From contig JAAZVW010000001.1 in assembly GCA_018623135.1 (NCBI GenBank), forward strand, positions 23,024 to 87,023: a DNA stretch of 64,000 bases, in the 5' to 3' direction. Position 1 is the stretch's first letter. Every line of letters begins with the position of its first letter. The stretch comes from Pseudomonadota bacterium (GTDB taxonomy: Bacteria; Pseudomonadota; Alphaproteobacteria; UBA1280; JAAZVW01). Shown here in pieces: positions 49,738 through 59,479 of this stretch. Below the pieces are notes generated by a model. It was not told where the DNA came from. It worked only from the letters and a program-made list of their open reading frames with translations, and made no database searches. A program made the position numbers and the translations under genes.

Positions 49738-50556
49738 ATGCGCCACTCTAAGTACGCAGCTTATGCAAAAAATACAAAACCTTATGCCATGTTTAAACGC
49801 GGCGCTTTGCTTGTTGCATTTGCAGGTTTTGTAAGTTTGATCTGGTACACAACAGCCAAAAAAGATGATATTGAATCTGAATTTCTTGAGCCTCCTCTCG
49901 TGAAAGCGCCACAAATGGCCTATAAGGAACGTGCAGAAGATGAGGGCGGTATGAAAGTGCCAAATAGAGATAAGCAGGTGTTTGACCTTTTAAATGCTGT
50001 TTCTGATAAGGTTGATGTGAATTCACCTGAAGCTCAAGAGCAAATTAAACAAGCAGAAGAAAAGCAAAAAGAACTAGCTGCGCAACAAGCTAAGTTGGAT
50101 GCTGAAGCAAAAGCTTTAAAAGAAAAGCAAGCGCAAGAAAAGGCAAAAGCAGTCGCCGCTATGGAAAAAGCGAAAGCAGATGCTAAAAAAGCTGCCGAGT
50201 TAGCTAAATCTGCTGTGGTGACAGAAACGAAAAAAACATCAGAAAAAGTCGCTAAAGTTGTCAATAAAGCAGAGGAAAAAGTAAAAGAATCTGCTAAAAC
50301 TTTAACGGTTGAATATGGTATCCAAATGGGTTCATATCGCAATGCTGCAGATGCAGAACGTGCGAATGATTACTATCGTAAAAAATTCCCAGATGTTCTG
50401 AAAAATATACCGAGCACAGTTAAACGTGTTGATCTGGGCGCTAAAGGTGTTTATTACCGTGCTTACATGAGCGGTTACCCTGATAAAGCATCTGCTAAGG
50501 CGGACTGTGATAAGCTTAAAGCGTTAGGGCATAATTGTTTCTATGCTAAACTCTAG
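49738..50556 (+). CDS. SPOR-domain cell division protein (FtsN-like)
   Basis: TM, GGMKVPNRDK.VF motif, C-terminal IQMGSY...DLGAKGVYYR...C..LK.....C. Confidence 0.9.
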   Translation: MRHSKYAAYAKNTKPYAMFKRGALLVAFAGFVSLIWYTTAKKDDIESEFLEPPLVKAPQMAYKERAEDEGGMKVPNRDKQVFDLLNAVSDKVDVNSPEAQEQIKQAEEKQKELAAQQAKLDAEAKALKEKQAQEKAKAVAAMEKAKADAKKAAELAKSAVVTETKKTSEKVAKVVNKAEEKVKESAKTLTVEYGIQMGSYRNAADAERANDYYRKKFPDVLKNIPSTVKRVDLGAKGVYYRAYMSGYPDKASAKADCDKLKALGHNCFYAKL

Positions 50557-51607
50557 GCCTATTTCTCCTTTTATTGTTGCTGTACCTGGACCAGAGCTTG
50601 ATGCACGCACAAAAGAAGCTATAGATAAACTCCGCCCAGCGGGGTTTATCCTCTTTGGTTGGAACTGTAAAGAGCATGCTCAGCTAGAAAAACTTGTTGC
50701 TGAGCTTAAGGAGCTAAGCCCTTTTGCAACACCTCTTATTCTGATTGATGAAGAAGGTGGCCGCGTACGCCGTATTAAGTGGACGCCTTATCAGGCACCA
50801 GCAGCAGAAAAAATAGGTAATCTTTATAATAAAGACCCTAAAATAGCTGTGCGTGCTGCAATGCTTAATGGCTTTTTAACTGCAGCTCAATTGCTTAGTT
50901 ATGGTATTACTTGTACTTGCGCACCTGTTGCTGATGTTAAGTTCCCTGAAACAGATGATGTCATTGGAAATCGTTCTTTTGGATCAGACCCTGAAAAAGT
51001 AGGGCACCTTTGTGGGGCAACAATTTCTGGCTTACTAGCAGGTGGGGTCTGGCCAGTTATTAAGCATGCGCCAGGGCATGGGCGAGCAATGGCAGACTCT
51101 CATAAAGAATTACCAGTTGTAGATGCAATGGCAGGACAGCTTGTTAAGGTTGACTTTAAACCTTTTGAAATGAATGCGGCGGTGCCTTTTGTTATGACAG
51201 CGCATGTTAAATATACGGCATTAGATGCTGAAAATTGTGCAACTCAATCAGCTAAAATAATTCAGATGATGAAAGAAGATATTGGCCTTGAAGGACTAAT
51301 TGTAAGCGATGATCTTACAATGGGCGCTCTTGAAGGTGATATTATTAGTCGAGCAGAAAAATCGTTAAATGCTGGCTGTGACTTGTTATTATATTGCCGT
51401 GGGGACTTGTTCTTAAATGAACTTACAGAAGAAGCCCTTGAAAGTTATTATAATGATTTAAGTGCTCTTTCTGGTAAATTTGAACTTAGCGGTAAAGCAC
51501 ATGCTAAAATACAAAAATTGCCAGCGCTTATGCCACCTAACCCCGATGTTCTTAAAGATTCATATAGAGAATTACTCCAAATTTATGCAGAAAACGGGAT
51601 CGCCTAG
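50543..51607 (+). CDS. nagZ: Beta-N-acetylhexosaminidase
   Basis: IDEEGGRVRR, KHAPGHGRA..DSH, MTAH, SDDL.M. Confidence 0.95.
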   Translation: MLNSRPISPFIVAVPGPELDARTKEAIDKLRPAGFILFGWNCKEHAQLEKLVAELKELSPFATPLILIDEEGGRVRRIKWTPYQAPAAEKIGNLYNKDPKIAVRAAMLNGFLTAAQLLSYGITCTCAPVADVKFPETDDVIGNRSFGSDPEKVGHLCGATISGLLAGGVWPVIKHAPGHGRAMADSHKELPVVDAMAGQLVKVDFKPFEMNAAVPFVMTAHVKYTALDAENCATQSAKIIQMMKEDIGLEGLIVSDDLTMGALEGDIISRAEKSLNAGCDLLLYCRGDLFLNELTEEALESYYNDLSALSGKFELSGKAHAKIQKLPALMPPNPDVLKDSYRELLQIYAENGIA

Positions 51608-51610
51608 TTA

Positions 51611-52258
51611 ATGGATATACATAGCATTTTACAAACTATTAGTATTGTATCTATTCCATTAGTGCTTGCAATTACATTGCATGAGGCCGCTCATGGTTAC
51701 ATGGCAAAAAAATGTGGTGATAATACAGCAGAAATGATGGGTAGGCTTACCCTTAACCCTGTTAAACATATAGACCCTATTGGTACTATTTTAATTCCGG
51801 CGGTACTGTTATTTACAGGAGCAGGCTTTTTGTTTGGTTATGCCAAACCAGTACCAGTTAATTTTAACAGATTAAGAGATATTAAATGGGATTCTATTAA
51901 AGTTGCACTTGCAGGCCCGGGGGTTAATCTGTTTTTGGCAATATTATCTGTTTTACTTATGAATTTTGTTACTTTTTTTCCTGAGTATATAGCAGAACCT
52001 CTTGTGCAAATACTGTTGTTTTCAGTTCAAATTAATGTAATTTTAATGGTATTTAACCTGCTTCCTTTATTGCCTTTAGATGGCGGACGTGTTTTGCATG
52101 CTTTATTACCAGAACCCTTTCAATCCAAATTTGGCCAGACAGAGCCTTTTGGTATGTTTATTCTTTTGGGCTTAATGTTTTTAGGTCTTTTGTTTACAAT
52201 TATTCAGCCACTGTATATATTTACAGTGAATATTTTACAAAATTTAGTTTTTGTTTAA
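51611..52258 (+). CDS. Site-2 protease (M50) family
   Basis: HEAAH, AGP..N, FNLLPLLPLDGG. Confidence 0.95.
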   Translation: MDIHSILQTISIVSIPLVLAITLHEAAHGYMAKKCGDNTAEMMGRLTLNPVKHIDPIGTILIPAVLLFTGAGFLFGYAKPVPVNFNRLRDIKWDSIKVALAGPGVNLFLAILSVLLMNFVTFFPEYIAEPLVQILLFSVQINVILMVFNLLPLLPLDGGRVLHALLPEPFQSKFGQTEPFGMFILLGLMFLGLLFTIIQPLYIFTVNILQNLVFV

Positions 52259-52277
52259 ATGAGCAGAGGTCTAGCTT

Positions 52278-53087
52278 ATGAAACTATTAATTATGTCTCT
52301 TATTACGCCACCGGGAATTTCTATTTTCCTATGTCTTTTGGCGCTTTACTTTTTTGGCTATAAACGTAAGCTTTCTGCCTATTTATTATTGGCTGCAATT
52401 GTTTTTGGTTGGGTGTTTTCAACTTCAGCAATGGGGCGTTTGCTGGCGACAGGCTTAATAGCACATACTCCAACACAGCCAACATACGAGCGTTTAAGGC
52501 GTATGGATTTAGATATGATTATTGTGCTGACGCGTGGTAATACCCTAACGGGTTCAGGCGAGTGGATTCCTTCTGCTGATACGTACCAGCGTGTGGCACA
52601 GTCATTTGAAATTCAGGATAAAGTAAGCTCACGCGTGCCGGTGCTTATTTCTGGTGGTAAAACCTATGGTCACAGGTATCCCTCAGAGGCGGCTGTAGCT
52701 AAGAATTACTTTACAAGATCTCGCGCACAAGTAACTCCTGTATTAATAGAAGAGACCTCTTTAAACACAAAAGAAAGCGCGCTTGAAGTTTCTCGTATTT
52801 TGAAAGAAAATGTAGCAAAAGATGTGCTTTTAGTCACAGATGAACTGCATATGTTAAGGTCTTTAGCGGCTTATAGAGCGCGTGGCATTAACCCAATTGC
52901 CTACCCAGTTTATGTGTTGCAACGTGGCGAAATGGGGCTTGCAGATTATTTGCCAAGCTGGCGTGGTGTTACGTTAAATGCTAAAGTATTAAGAGAAATT
53001 TACGGTATTGCAGGTTATGTGCTTTCTGGAGATATGCGCTTAGCTGATGTTTTTGATGATGGTGTTGTACCAGTTATTGTAAAGTAA
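52278..53087 (+). CDS. YdcF/ElyC (DUF218) family
   Basis: LISGG, SEA, EETSLNTKE, LVTDELHMLRS. Confidence 0.88.
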   Translation: MKLLIMSLITPPGISIFLCLLALYFFGYKRKLSAYLLLAAIVFGWVFSTSAMGRLLATGLIAHTPTQPTYERLRRMDLDMIIVLTRGNTLTGSGEWIPSADTYQRVAQSFEIQDKVSSRVPVLISGGKTYGHRYPSEAAVAKNYFTRSRAQVTPVLIEETSLNTKESALEVSRILKENVAKDVLLVTDELHMLRSLAAYRARGINPIAYPVYVLQRGEMGLADYLPSWRGVTLNAKVLREIYGIAGYVLSGDMRLADVFDDGVVPVIVK

Positions 53088-53099
53088 AGGAGTAACCAG

Positions 53100-53300
53100 A
53101 TGTTTGGTTCTACTGAGTTAATTATTATCCTTATTATTGTATTTGTTATTTTTGGTGCAGGTAAACTGCCAAAAGTAATGGGGGACTTTGGTAAGGGTGT
53201 GTCTTCTTTTAAAAAAGGTATGAAAGAAGAGGGTTCTGCACCTGAGAACAAACAAGAATCTCTTTCAGAACAAACAGATTCAGATAAAAAAGAAGGTTAA
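53100..53300 (+). CDS. tatA: Tat translocase TatA
   Basis: [21 protein letters not shown]. Confidence 0.95.
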   Translation: MFGSTELIIILIIVFVIFGAGKLPKVMGDFGKGVSSFKKGMKEEGSAPENKQESLSEQTDSDKKEG

Positions 53301-53306
53301 CTCCCT

Positions 53307-53489
53307 TTGTTTAATATCGGTCTTGTAGAACTTTTTATTATTATGGTTATTGCCACTATTTTTGTTGGCCCTGAACGTATACCCGAAGTGGCGCGCCAGT
53401 TAGGTAAATTTAGCCGTAAAGTTAAAGGTTTTATGAGAGAACTCACAGAGTCTGACCCTTTAAAAGATGATGATGTTGCTGGGAAATAA
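53307..53489 (+). CDS. tatB: Tat translocase TatB (short)
   Basis: MFNIG..EL......VGPERIP..AR.LG; TTG start. Confidence 0.85.
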   Translation: MFNIGLVELFIIMVIATIFVGPERIPEVARQLGKFSRKVKGFMRELTESDPLKDDDVAGK

Positions 53490-54226
53490 TGATGGAAGCA
53501 ACTTCTCTTTCTTCTCATTTTAAAGAACTTAAAAGCCGCTTGGTTAAAATGATTTTGGCGATTATTATCGCTTTTTCTGCCTGCTATTATTTTATTGAGC
53601 CTCTTTTTTCTATTTTACTCTGGCCTCTTGATATTGCCCAAAACGCAAAACCAAATCTTATTTTTACAGAGGTTCATGAAGCTTTTTTCACACAAATAAA
53701 ATTAGCTTTTATTTTAGCTCTTTATGTGGCGATGCCAGTTGTTTTTTATCAGCTATGGGCTTTTGTTTCCCCTGGATTGTATAAAGAAGAAAAAACTTTT
53801 GCTTGGCCGATGATGTTTTTGGCGCCTGTTTTGTTTTATGCAGGCGGTGCTGTTTGTTTTTACTTTGTGTTGCCGGTTGTTATAGAATTCTTTTTTGCTT
53901 TTCAGACCGAGCTTGTAACGGCCTTACCGACAATGAAAGCTTATTTAAATTTTTGTACAAAGCTTTGTTTTGCCTTTGGCTTGGCTTTTCAATTGCCATT
54001 GGTTCTTATAGTTCTTTTAAAAATGGCTGTGATTTCAGTTGCTAAGCTTAATTATTTTAGGCGTTATGCTATTTTGATTATTTTTGTTTTTGCGGCTATT
54101 TTTACACCGCCAGACCCAACATCTCAATTGCTTCTTGCAATCCCTATGTGGCTTTTATATGAAGTCTCAATCCTCTTTGGATATTTTATTGAAAAAAGAC
54201 GCCAAGTGACTAGCGAATCCGCATAA
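53489..54226 (+). CDS. tatC: Tat translocase TatC
   Basis: HFKELKSRL, YQLWAFVSPGLY..E, FQLP, TPPDP.SQ, LYE. Confidence 0.96.
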   Translation: MMEATSLSSHFKELKSRLVKMILAIIIAFSACYYFIEPLFSILLWPLDIAQNAKPNLIFTEVHEAFFTQIKLAFILALYVAMPVVFYQLWAFVSPGLYKEEKTFAWPMMFLAPVLFYAGGAVCFYFVLPVVIEFFFAFQTELVTALPTMKAYLNFCTKLCFAFGLAFQLPLVLIVLLKMAVISVAKLNYFRRYAILIIFVFAAIFTPPDPTSQLLLAIPMWLLYEVSILFGYFIEKRRQVTSESA

Positions 54227-54302
54227 TATTTGGTAGTATCTTTCTTTAAGATGAAATCAGAATAATTTCTTCAAAATACAGCGTAAAAAGAGATAAAAAA
54301 TA

Positions 54303-55571
54303 ATGTTAGATATTAAACTTATTCGTGAAAATCCAGAAGTACTGGATAATGCTCTTAAAGCTCGTGGTGCAGAACCAAAAGCTCAAGAGTTACTTGCTTT
54401 AGATGAAAAACGTCGTCAAGTTATGACAGACTTACAGGAGCTGCAACAGCGCCGCAACGAAATTTCATCCTTAGTAGGTAGCCTTAAAGCTAAAGGTGAA
54501 GATGCCTCTCATTTATTTGAAGAAATGAAAACTATTGGCCCTAAAATGAAAGATCTTCAAGAAGTAGAGCGCCAAGCGCAAGAAGATTTTACAGGCTTAC
54601 TTGAAGGTTTGCCTAATATTCAGGATGCAGATACACCAGAAGGGCAAGATGAAGAAAACAACGTTGTTGTGCATACATATGGTGAGCCAACTTCTTTTGA
54701 TTTTGAGCCAAAAGCCCATTATGATTTAGGTGAAGAATTAAACCAAATGAGCACAGAACTAGGTGCTAAAATCGCAGGTAGCCGTTTCACATGGCTGCAG
54801 GGTGATATTGCACGCCTAGAACGTGCTTTAGGCCAATATATGCTAAATAAACAAACAGAGCAAAATGGCTATACAGAAGTAAACCCACCACTTATGTGTA
54901 ATGCAGATTCTATGTATGCTGTTGGGCAACTTCCTAAGTTTGAAGAAGATTTATTTAAAACAGCGGAAGGCTATTACTTGCTACCAACGGCAGAAGCGCC
55001 ACTTACAAACTACGCACGTAATGAAATTTTTTCAGAAAAAGATTTACCAATTCAGTTAACGGCACTGACACCTTGCTTCCGTTCTGAAGCAGGCTCTGCT
55101 GGTCGAGATACGCGTGGTTACTTACGTCAACACCAGTTCATGAAAGTAGAAATGGTTTGGTTTGTAAAACCAGAAGATTCTATGGAAATTCATGAAAAAA
55201 TGCGCCGTCATGCAGAAGAAATTTTGGAAGACCTTAAACTACCATATCGTACAGTGCGTTTGTGTGCGGGAGACCTTTCTGCCAATGCGCGCCGTTGTTA
55301 TGATTTAGAAGTTTGGTTACCAGCTCAAAATAAATACCGTGAAATTTCTTCTTGCTCTAACTTTGGTGATTTCCAAGCACGACGTATGAAAGCACGCTAC
55401 CGTGATGAAGAGCGTAATACACAGTTTATTCATACACTAAACGGTTCTGGTTTAGCTGTGGGTCGTACTCTTATTGCAGTTATGGAAAACTACCAACAGG
55501 CCGATGGTTCTATAAAAGTACCAGAAGTGCTTATCCCTTACATGGGTAAAGACATTATTAAGGCTTCTTAA
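54303..55571 (+). CDS. serS: Serine--tRNA ligase
   Basis: LPTAE.P, FRSEAGS.GRDTRG..RQHQF.KVE, EISSCSN, TLNGSGLAVGR. Confidence 0.98.
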   Translation: MLDIKLIRENPEVLDNALKARGAEPKAQELLALDEKRRQVMTDLQELQQRRNEISSLVGSLKAKGEDASHLFEEMKTIGPKMKDLQEVERQAQEDFTGLLEGLPNIQDADTPEGQDEENNVVVHTYGEPTSFDFEPKAHYDLGEELNQMSTELGAKIAGSRFTWLQGDIARLERALGQYMLNKQTEQNGYTEVNPPLMCNADSMYAVGQLPKFEEDLFKTAEGYYLLPTAEAPLTNYARNEIFSEKDLPIQLTALTPCFRSEAGSAGRDTRGYLRQHQFMKVEMVWFVKPEDSMEIHEKMRRHAEEILEDLKLPYRTVRLCAGDLSANARRCYDLEVWLPAQNKYREISSCSNFGDFQARRMKARYRDEERNTQFIHTLNGSGLAVGRTLIAVMENYQQADGSIKVPEVLIPYMGKDIIKAS

Positions 55572-55574
55572 AAA

Positions 55575-56258
55575 ATGACATCGAGACTTTCACGCGCACG
55601 CCATAAACTACTTACAGAGCTTCAAAGCCATGGCTTAGATAATAACGTTGTGTTAGATGCAATGGATTCTGTTGCGCGTGAAAGTTTTGTTGCAGGCTCC
55701 TTTGAAGAAGAAGCTTACGCAGATAAATGCTTCCCAATAGGGCATCAGCAAACGATCTCATCGCCTTATGTAGTGGGGTGGATGACACATAAATTGGATG
55801 TTCAAAAAACACATAAAGTCCTTGAAATAGGTACAGGTTCAGGTTATCAAACAGCTATTTTATGTAAACTTGCTCGTCGTGTTTATACTGTTGAGCGTGT
55901 GGAGTCTCTTTCCCAATCTGCTGAAAAACGTTTGCATGCTATGGGGTTCTTTAACTTTTCCACAGAAGTGGGTGATGGCTCATTAGGGTGGAAAAATCAA
56001 GCACCTTTTGATCGTATTATGGTAACAGCAACAAGCCCAACTGTGCCCCAAAACCTTATAGATCAGCTAGCGCCTACAGGCATTATGGTTATTCCTGTAG
56101 GGCATTCAGATGATACTGATCAGCGTTTAATGAAAATTACTAAAGATGAAGAAGGCCAAGTAACGCAAGAGTTGCTTGGTTATGTTAAATTTGTGCCACT
56201 TGTTGGTGAACAAGGGCATACAGATAAAGACCTAAAATCCAGCGTAAGGAGTTCTTAA
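55575..56258 (+). CDS. pcm: Protein-L-isoaspartate O-methyltransferase
   Basis: QTISSP, VLEIGTGSGYQ, GDGSLGW...APFDRI. Confidence 0.95.
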   Translation: MTSRLSRARHKLLTELQSHGLDNNVVLDAMDSVARESFVAGSFEEEAYADKCFPIGHQQTISSPYVVGWMTHKLDVQKTHKVLEIGTGSGYQTAILCKLARRVYTVERVESLSQSAEKRLHAMGFFNFSTEVGDGSLGWKNQAPFDRIMVTATSPTVPQNLIDQLAPTGIMVIPVGHSDDTDQRLMKITKDEEGQVTQELLGYVKFVPLVGEQGHTDKDLKSSVRSS

Positions 56259-56263
56259 AGGTT

Positions 56264-56851
56264 ATGATCAAACAACTTTATGATATGGTGCTTAAGCTAG
56301 CAAGTCACCCTCGTGCAGAGATGTGGCTATTTATTGTTGCCTTTGCAGAATCTTCTTTCTTCCCAATTCCACCTGATGTATTGCTTATCCCTATGTGTTT
56401 AGTTGCCTTTAATAAGGCTTTTAGGTATGCGGCCGTTTGTACTGTAGGTTCTGTTTTAGGTGGTGTGTTTGGTTACGCAATTGGTCGTGTATTCTTTGAT
56501 AGCGCAGGTGCTGCTGTAATTGATATTTACGGCATTTCAGATAAATTTGCGCAATTCCAAAGTTGGTACGATGTGTATGATTGGGCGATTATAGCTGTTG
56601 CAGGATTCTCACCCATCCCTTATAAAATTTTCACAATTGCGAGTGGCTTTGTAGGCATGAATATCGCCACATTTGTTGGAATGTCGCTTATTTCACGTGG
56701 TTTACGCTTTTTCCTAATCGCTTGGCTATTATGGCGTGGTGGGTTACCATTTAAAGCGTGGATCGAAGATAACATGTACCCACTTACAATGGCTGCGGCG
56801 GTTGTACTTATTTTGGGTATTGTTGTTTATAATTTGGTAATGGGCGGATAA
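56264..56851 (+). CDS. YqaA/DedA family membrane protein
   Basis: FAESSFFPIPPD, PIPYKIFTI, SRGLRF. Confidence 0.92.
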   Translation: MIKQLYDMVLKLASHPRAEMWLFIVAFAESSFFPIPPDVLLIPMCLVAFNKAFRYAAVCTVGSVLGGVFGYAIGRVFFDSAGAAVIDIYGISDKFAQFQSWYDVYDWAIIAVAGFSPIPYKIFTIASGFVGMNIATFVGMSLISRGLRFFLIAWLLWRGGLPFKAWIEDNMYPLTMAAAVVLILGIVVYNLVMGG

Positions 56852-56869
56852 AAGGGAAGTATAAAAAAT

Positions 56870-57982
56870 ATGGCGTGGCAAATTAAAGTAACATCTAGCT
56901 TATTGATTGCAGCTTTTACAACAGGTTGCACAATTAAGGATTCAACTGATTTTCTTAATAATTTGTTGCCTTCTAAACCTCAGCCTATGCTTTCTAAGTC
57001 TATTCAGGCAAAAAGCTATTCAAAGCCTCGTGTAGAACGTAGCAGATTACGTACATCTGTTGCTAAAGTACCTGCGGTTACGCATAAGGTTCAGCAGGGT
57101 GAATGGCTATATAAAATTGCCAGAGACTATAACGTTACGCCATCAGAGCTTATGAAACTTAATAATATGAATCGCTCATCTCAGCTAAGTCCTGGTGATG
57201 TTATTATTATTAAACCTGCAACGGAAGTCACATCTGCTGAAAATACCAAACGTGTTTATGGGTTTACAAATCGCGTTACGTCATCAGCTTCTTCAAAATC
57301 ATTAACAGCAACGCCACAGGGTAAAAAAGAGGCTTCTTTAACACCTGTTGTTTCTAAAACAAAACAAACAGAAGAAGTTGTTACTTTTACAACACACGCT
57401 GTAAAACGTGGCGAAACACTGTATCGCATTGGTCGTCAATATAATGTATCTCCGTTTGACCTTATGGCTGCAAACGAATTTGATAAACCGCAAGATCTTA
57501 AAGCAGGTATGCGCATTCAAGTTCCAATGACACGTCGTGTGGTTAAAGGTGATGTTACAAGCCCAATTATTCGTGAAGATTTACGCCGTGCTAAGGGTAT
57601 GATATGGCCTGCAGAAGGTCGTGTTATTAGCCGTTTTGGTAAAAAAGAAAATGGTATTGAAAACACAGGTATTAATATTGCAGTAGATGAGGGGGCACCT
57701 GTTTTTGCTGTAGATGGTGGTAAGGTTATTTATGCCGATAGTGGTTTAGAAAAATACGGTAATCTTGTCCTGTTGCGTCACAAAAATGGTGTTATTACAG
57801 CTTATGCGCACGCTAGCAGGTTGCGCGTCAAGCGTGGTCAAACTGTAGCGAAAGGCCAAGTTATTGCTCTGGCAGGGCAAACAGGTAATGTGGATAAACC
57901 ACAACTTCATTTTGAAGTGCGCAGAAATGCACGTGCGATTAATCCTTTAAAGGTTTTACCTAAAAAAGGTAAACAAGGTTAA
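56870..57982 (+). CDS. nlpD: LysM/M23 lipoprotein NlpD-like
   Basis: Lipobox TTGC, two LysM domains, M23 domain with NTGINI, YAH, LHFEVR. Confidence 0.88.
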   Translation: MAWQIKVTSSLLIAAFTTGCTIKDSTDFLNNLLPSKPQPMLSKSIQAKSYSKPRVERSRLRTSVAKVPAVTHKVQQGEWLYKIARDYNVTPSELMKLNNMNRSSQLSPGDVIIIKPATEVTSAENTKRVYGFTNRVTSSASSKSLTATPQGKKEASLTPVVSKTKQTEEVVTFTTHAVKRGETLYRIGRQYNVSPFDLMAANEFDKPQDLKAGMRIQVPMTRRVVKGDVTSPIIREDLRRAKGMIWPAEGRVISRFGKKENGIENTGINIAVDEGAPVFAVDGGKVIYADSGLEKYGNLVLLRHKNGVITAYAHASRLRVKRGQTVAKGQVIALAGQTGNVDKPQLHFEVRRNARAINPLKVLPKKGKQG

Positions 57983-57994
57983 GTTAGTTAAATT

Positions 57995-58022
57995 AAAAGG
58001 GAGCTTAAAAGCTCCCTTTTTT
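57995..58022. terminator. Bidirectional terminator
   Basis: AAAAGGGAGCT-TAAA-AGCTCCCTTTTTT. Confidence 0.85.
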
Positions 58023-58034
58023 ATATCTGTTTAT

Positions 58035-58892
58035 TTATTGAGGTGATCCCCAGCCTAACTTAGTGTTAAGCAGGTAGAAGAAAGAATGCTTATCTTGACT
58101 AAATAATCGTAAATAATTTTTAGATTTGGTTACTTTAATATGATCATCTATCTGAAGTTCTATTTGTTTTTTACCATCTAAAAAGAGTGTTGCCTTACCC
58201 TTTGTAAGGCGTAATCCAACCGTTTGTGGCGGGATAACAATTGGCTTTAGGCTTAAATTATGTGGGCAAATAGGCGAAAGAATGACAACATCTAAGCTTG
58301 GGTGTACTAATGGCCCACCAGTAGAAAGATTATACGCAGTAGAGCCTGTTGGGCTTGAAATAATAAACCCATCACCACTGCCAGATGTTACAAACTCATC
58401 TGCAACACAAAGGTTATAGCTCATCATATTATTGTCTGCACTACGGTGCATAACCGCATCGTTTAAAAAATGACCGCTTAAAATTTCTTTGCTATTACGT
58501 GTCACCACAACATCTAAATAAGGTCTTTTATGGGCTTGGATTTTGCCATCTTTTATGTTCTGAATAACAGTATCAAAATCGCTACATTCTTCCAGCTCAG
58601 TTAAAAACCCTAAATGGCCTAAATTAATGCCTATAAGCTGGGCTTCACTTGCATATATTTTATTTGCAGCAACTAAAAATGTGCCATCTCCCCCAAGTGC
58701 GAAGACTAAATCAATTTTCTCACGAATTTCTGCATCTGTTATAAAAGGAGCTGTGGTTTCAAACTCCTCTTTATGATCATCAGAAATATATGCGTTAAGT
58801 CCATGTTTGATAACTGAATTAATAAGGAGTTTTGCAGCTTTTTGGGCGCCTGTATCACCTTTTTTTAGCACGAGAGCAATATTTTGGATCAT
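58035..58892 (-). CDS. nadK: NAD kinase
   Basis: GGDGTFL, GHLGFL, LND, DG..ISSPTGSTAYNLS.GGP. Confidence 0.95.
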   Translation of the reverse strand: MIQNIALVLKKGDTGAQKAAKLLINSVIKHGLNAYISDDHKEEFETTAPFITDAEIREKIDLVFALGGDGTFLVAANKIYASEAQLIGINLGHLGFLTELEECSDFDTVIQNIKDGKIQAHKRPYLDVVVTRNSKEILSGHFLNDAVMHRSADNNMMSYNLCVADEFVTSGSGDGFIISSPTGSTAYNLSTGGPLVHPSLDVVILSPICPHNLSLKPIVIPPQTVGLRLTKGKATLFLDGKKQIELQIDDHIKVTKSKNYLRLFSQDKHSFFYLLNTKLGWGSPQ

Positions 58893-59040
58893 CTGTTATC
58901 TCTTTTTGTTGATTAAAAAATATGCATAATTTTTAGTTTGTTTTTGCCTTTGTCTGCGCTTTATATAGACAACAATGCTCAAATAGCCTAATCTAGGGGC
59001 GCTAAAGATACAAATAAAAATTAAGGATTAGACAACAATT

Positions 59041-59424
59041 ATGTTTAGTACAACTGCATATGCTCAAGAAGTTGCACCACAAGCAGCGCAAGGTGGCGCA
59101 ACTGGCTCTTTATTTATGATGTTGGCACTTTTTGCCATCTTTTATTTTCTTGTTATTCGTCCACAAAGCAAGCGTGAACAACAACACCGTGATATGACAC
59201 AAAACCTAAACAAGGGTGATAAAATTATTACGCAAGGCGGTGTGCTTGCAACAGTTACAAAGCTTATTGATGATAAACTTATTCAGGTAGAAATTGCTGA
59301 AGGTGTTAAAGTTAAATTAGCACGTAGTTTTGTGTTTGGTTTGCAAAGTGACAAACTAGAAACTGAAGCAAAAACAAATAAAACGGATAAGAAAGAAGAA
59401 GCTAAAGAAAAGAAAGCTTCTTAA
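59041..59424 (+). CDS. yajC: Preprotein translocase subunit YajC
   Basis: FYFLVIRPQ.KR, L.KGD.IIT.GG. Confidence 0.95.
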   Translation: MFSTTAYAQEVAPQAAQGGATGSLFMMLALFAIFYFLVIRPQSKREQQHRDMTQNLNKGDKIITQGGVLATVTKLIDDKLIQVEIAEGVKVKLARSFVFGLQSDKLETEAKTNKTDKKEEAKEKKAS

Positions 59425-59479
59425 ATTTCTGTAAGCTCACTTAACTTTTTTCAATTAAGGCAAAACAAAAGGTAACGAT

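Noticed and set aside
50040..50300. AAAGC/GAAAAA-rich repeats
   Set aside because: They encode the K/A/E-rich linker of the SPOR protein and are not a DNA repeat array.
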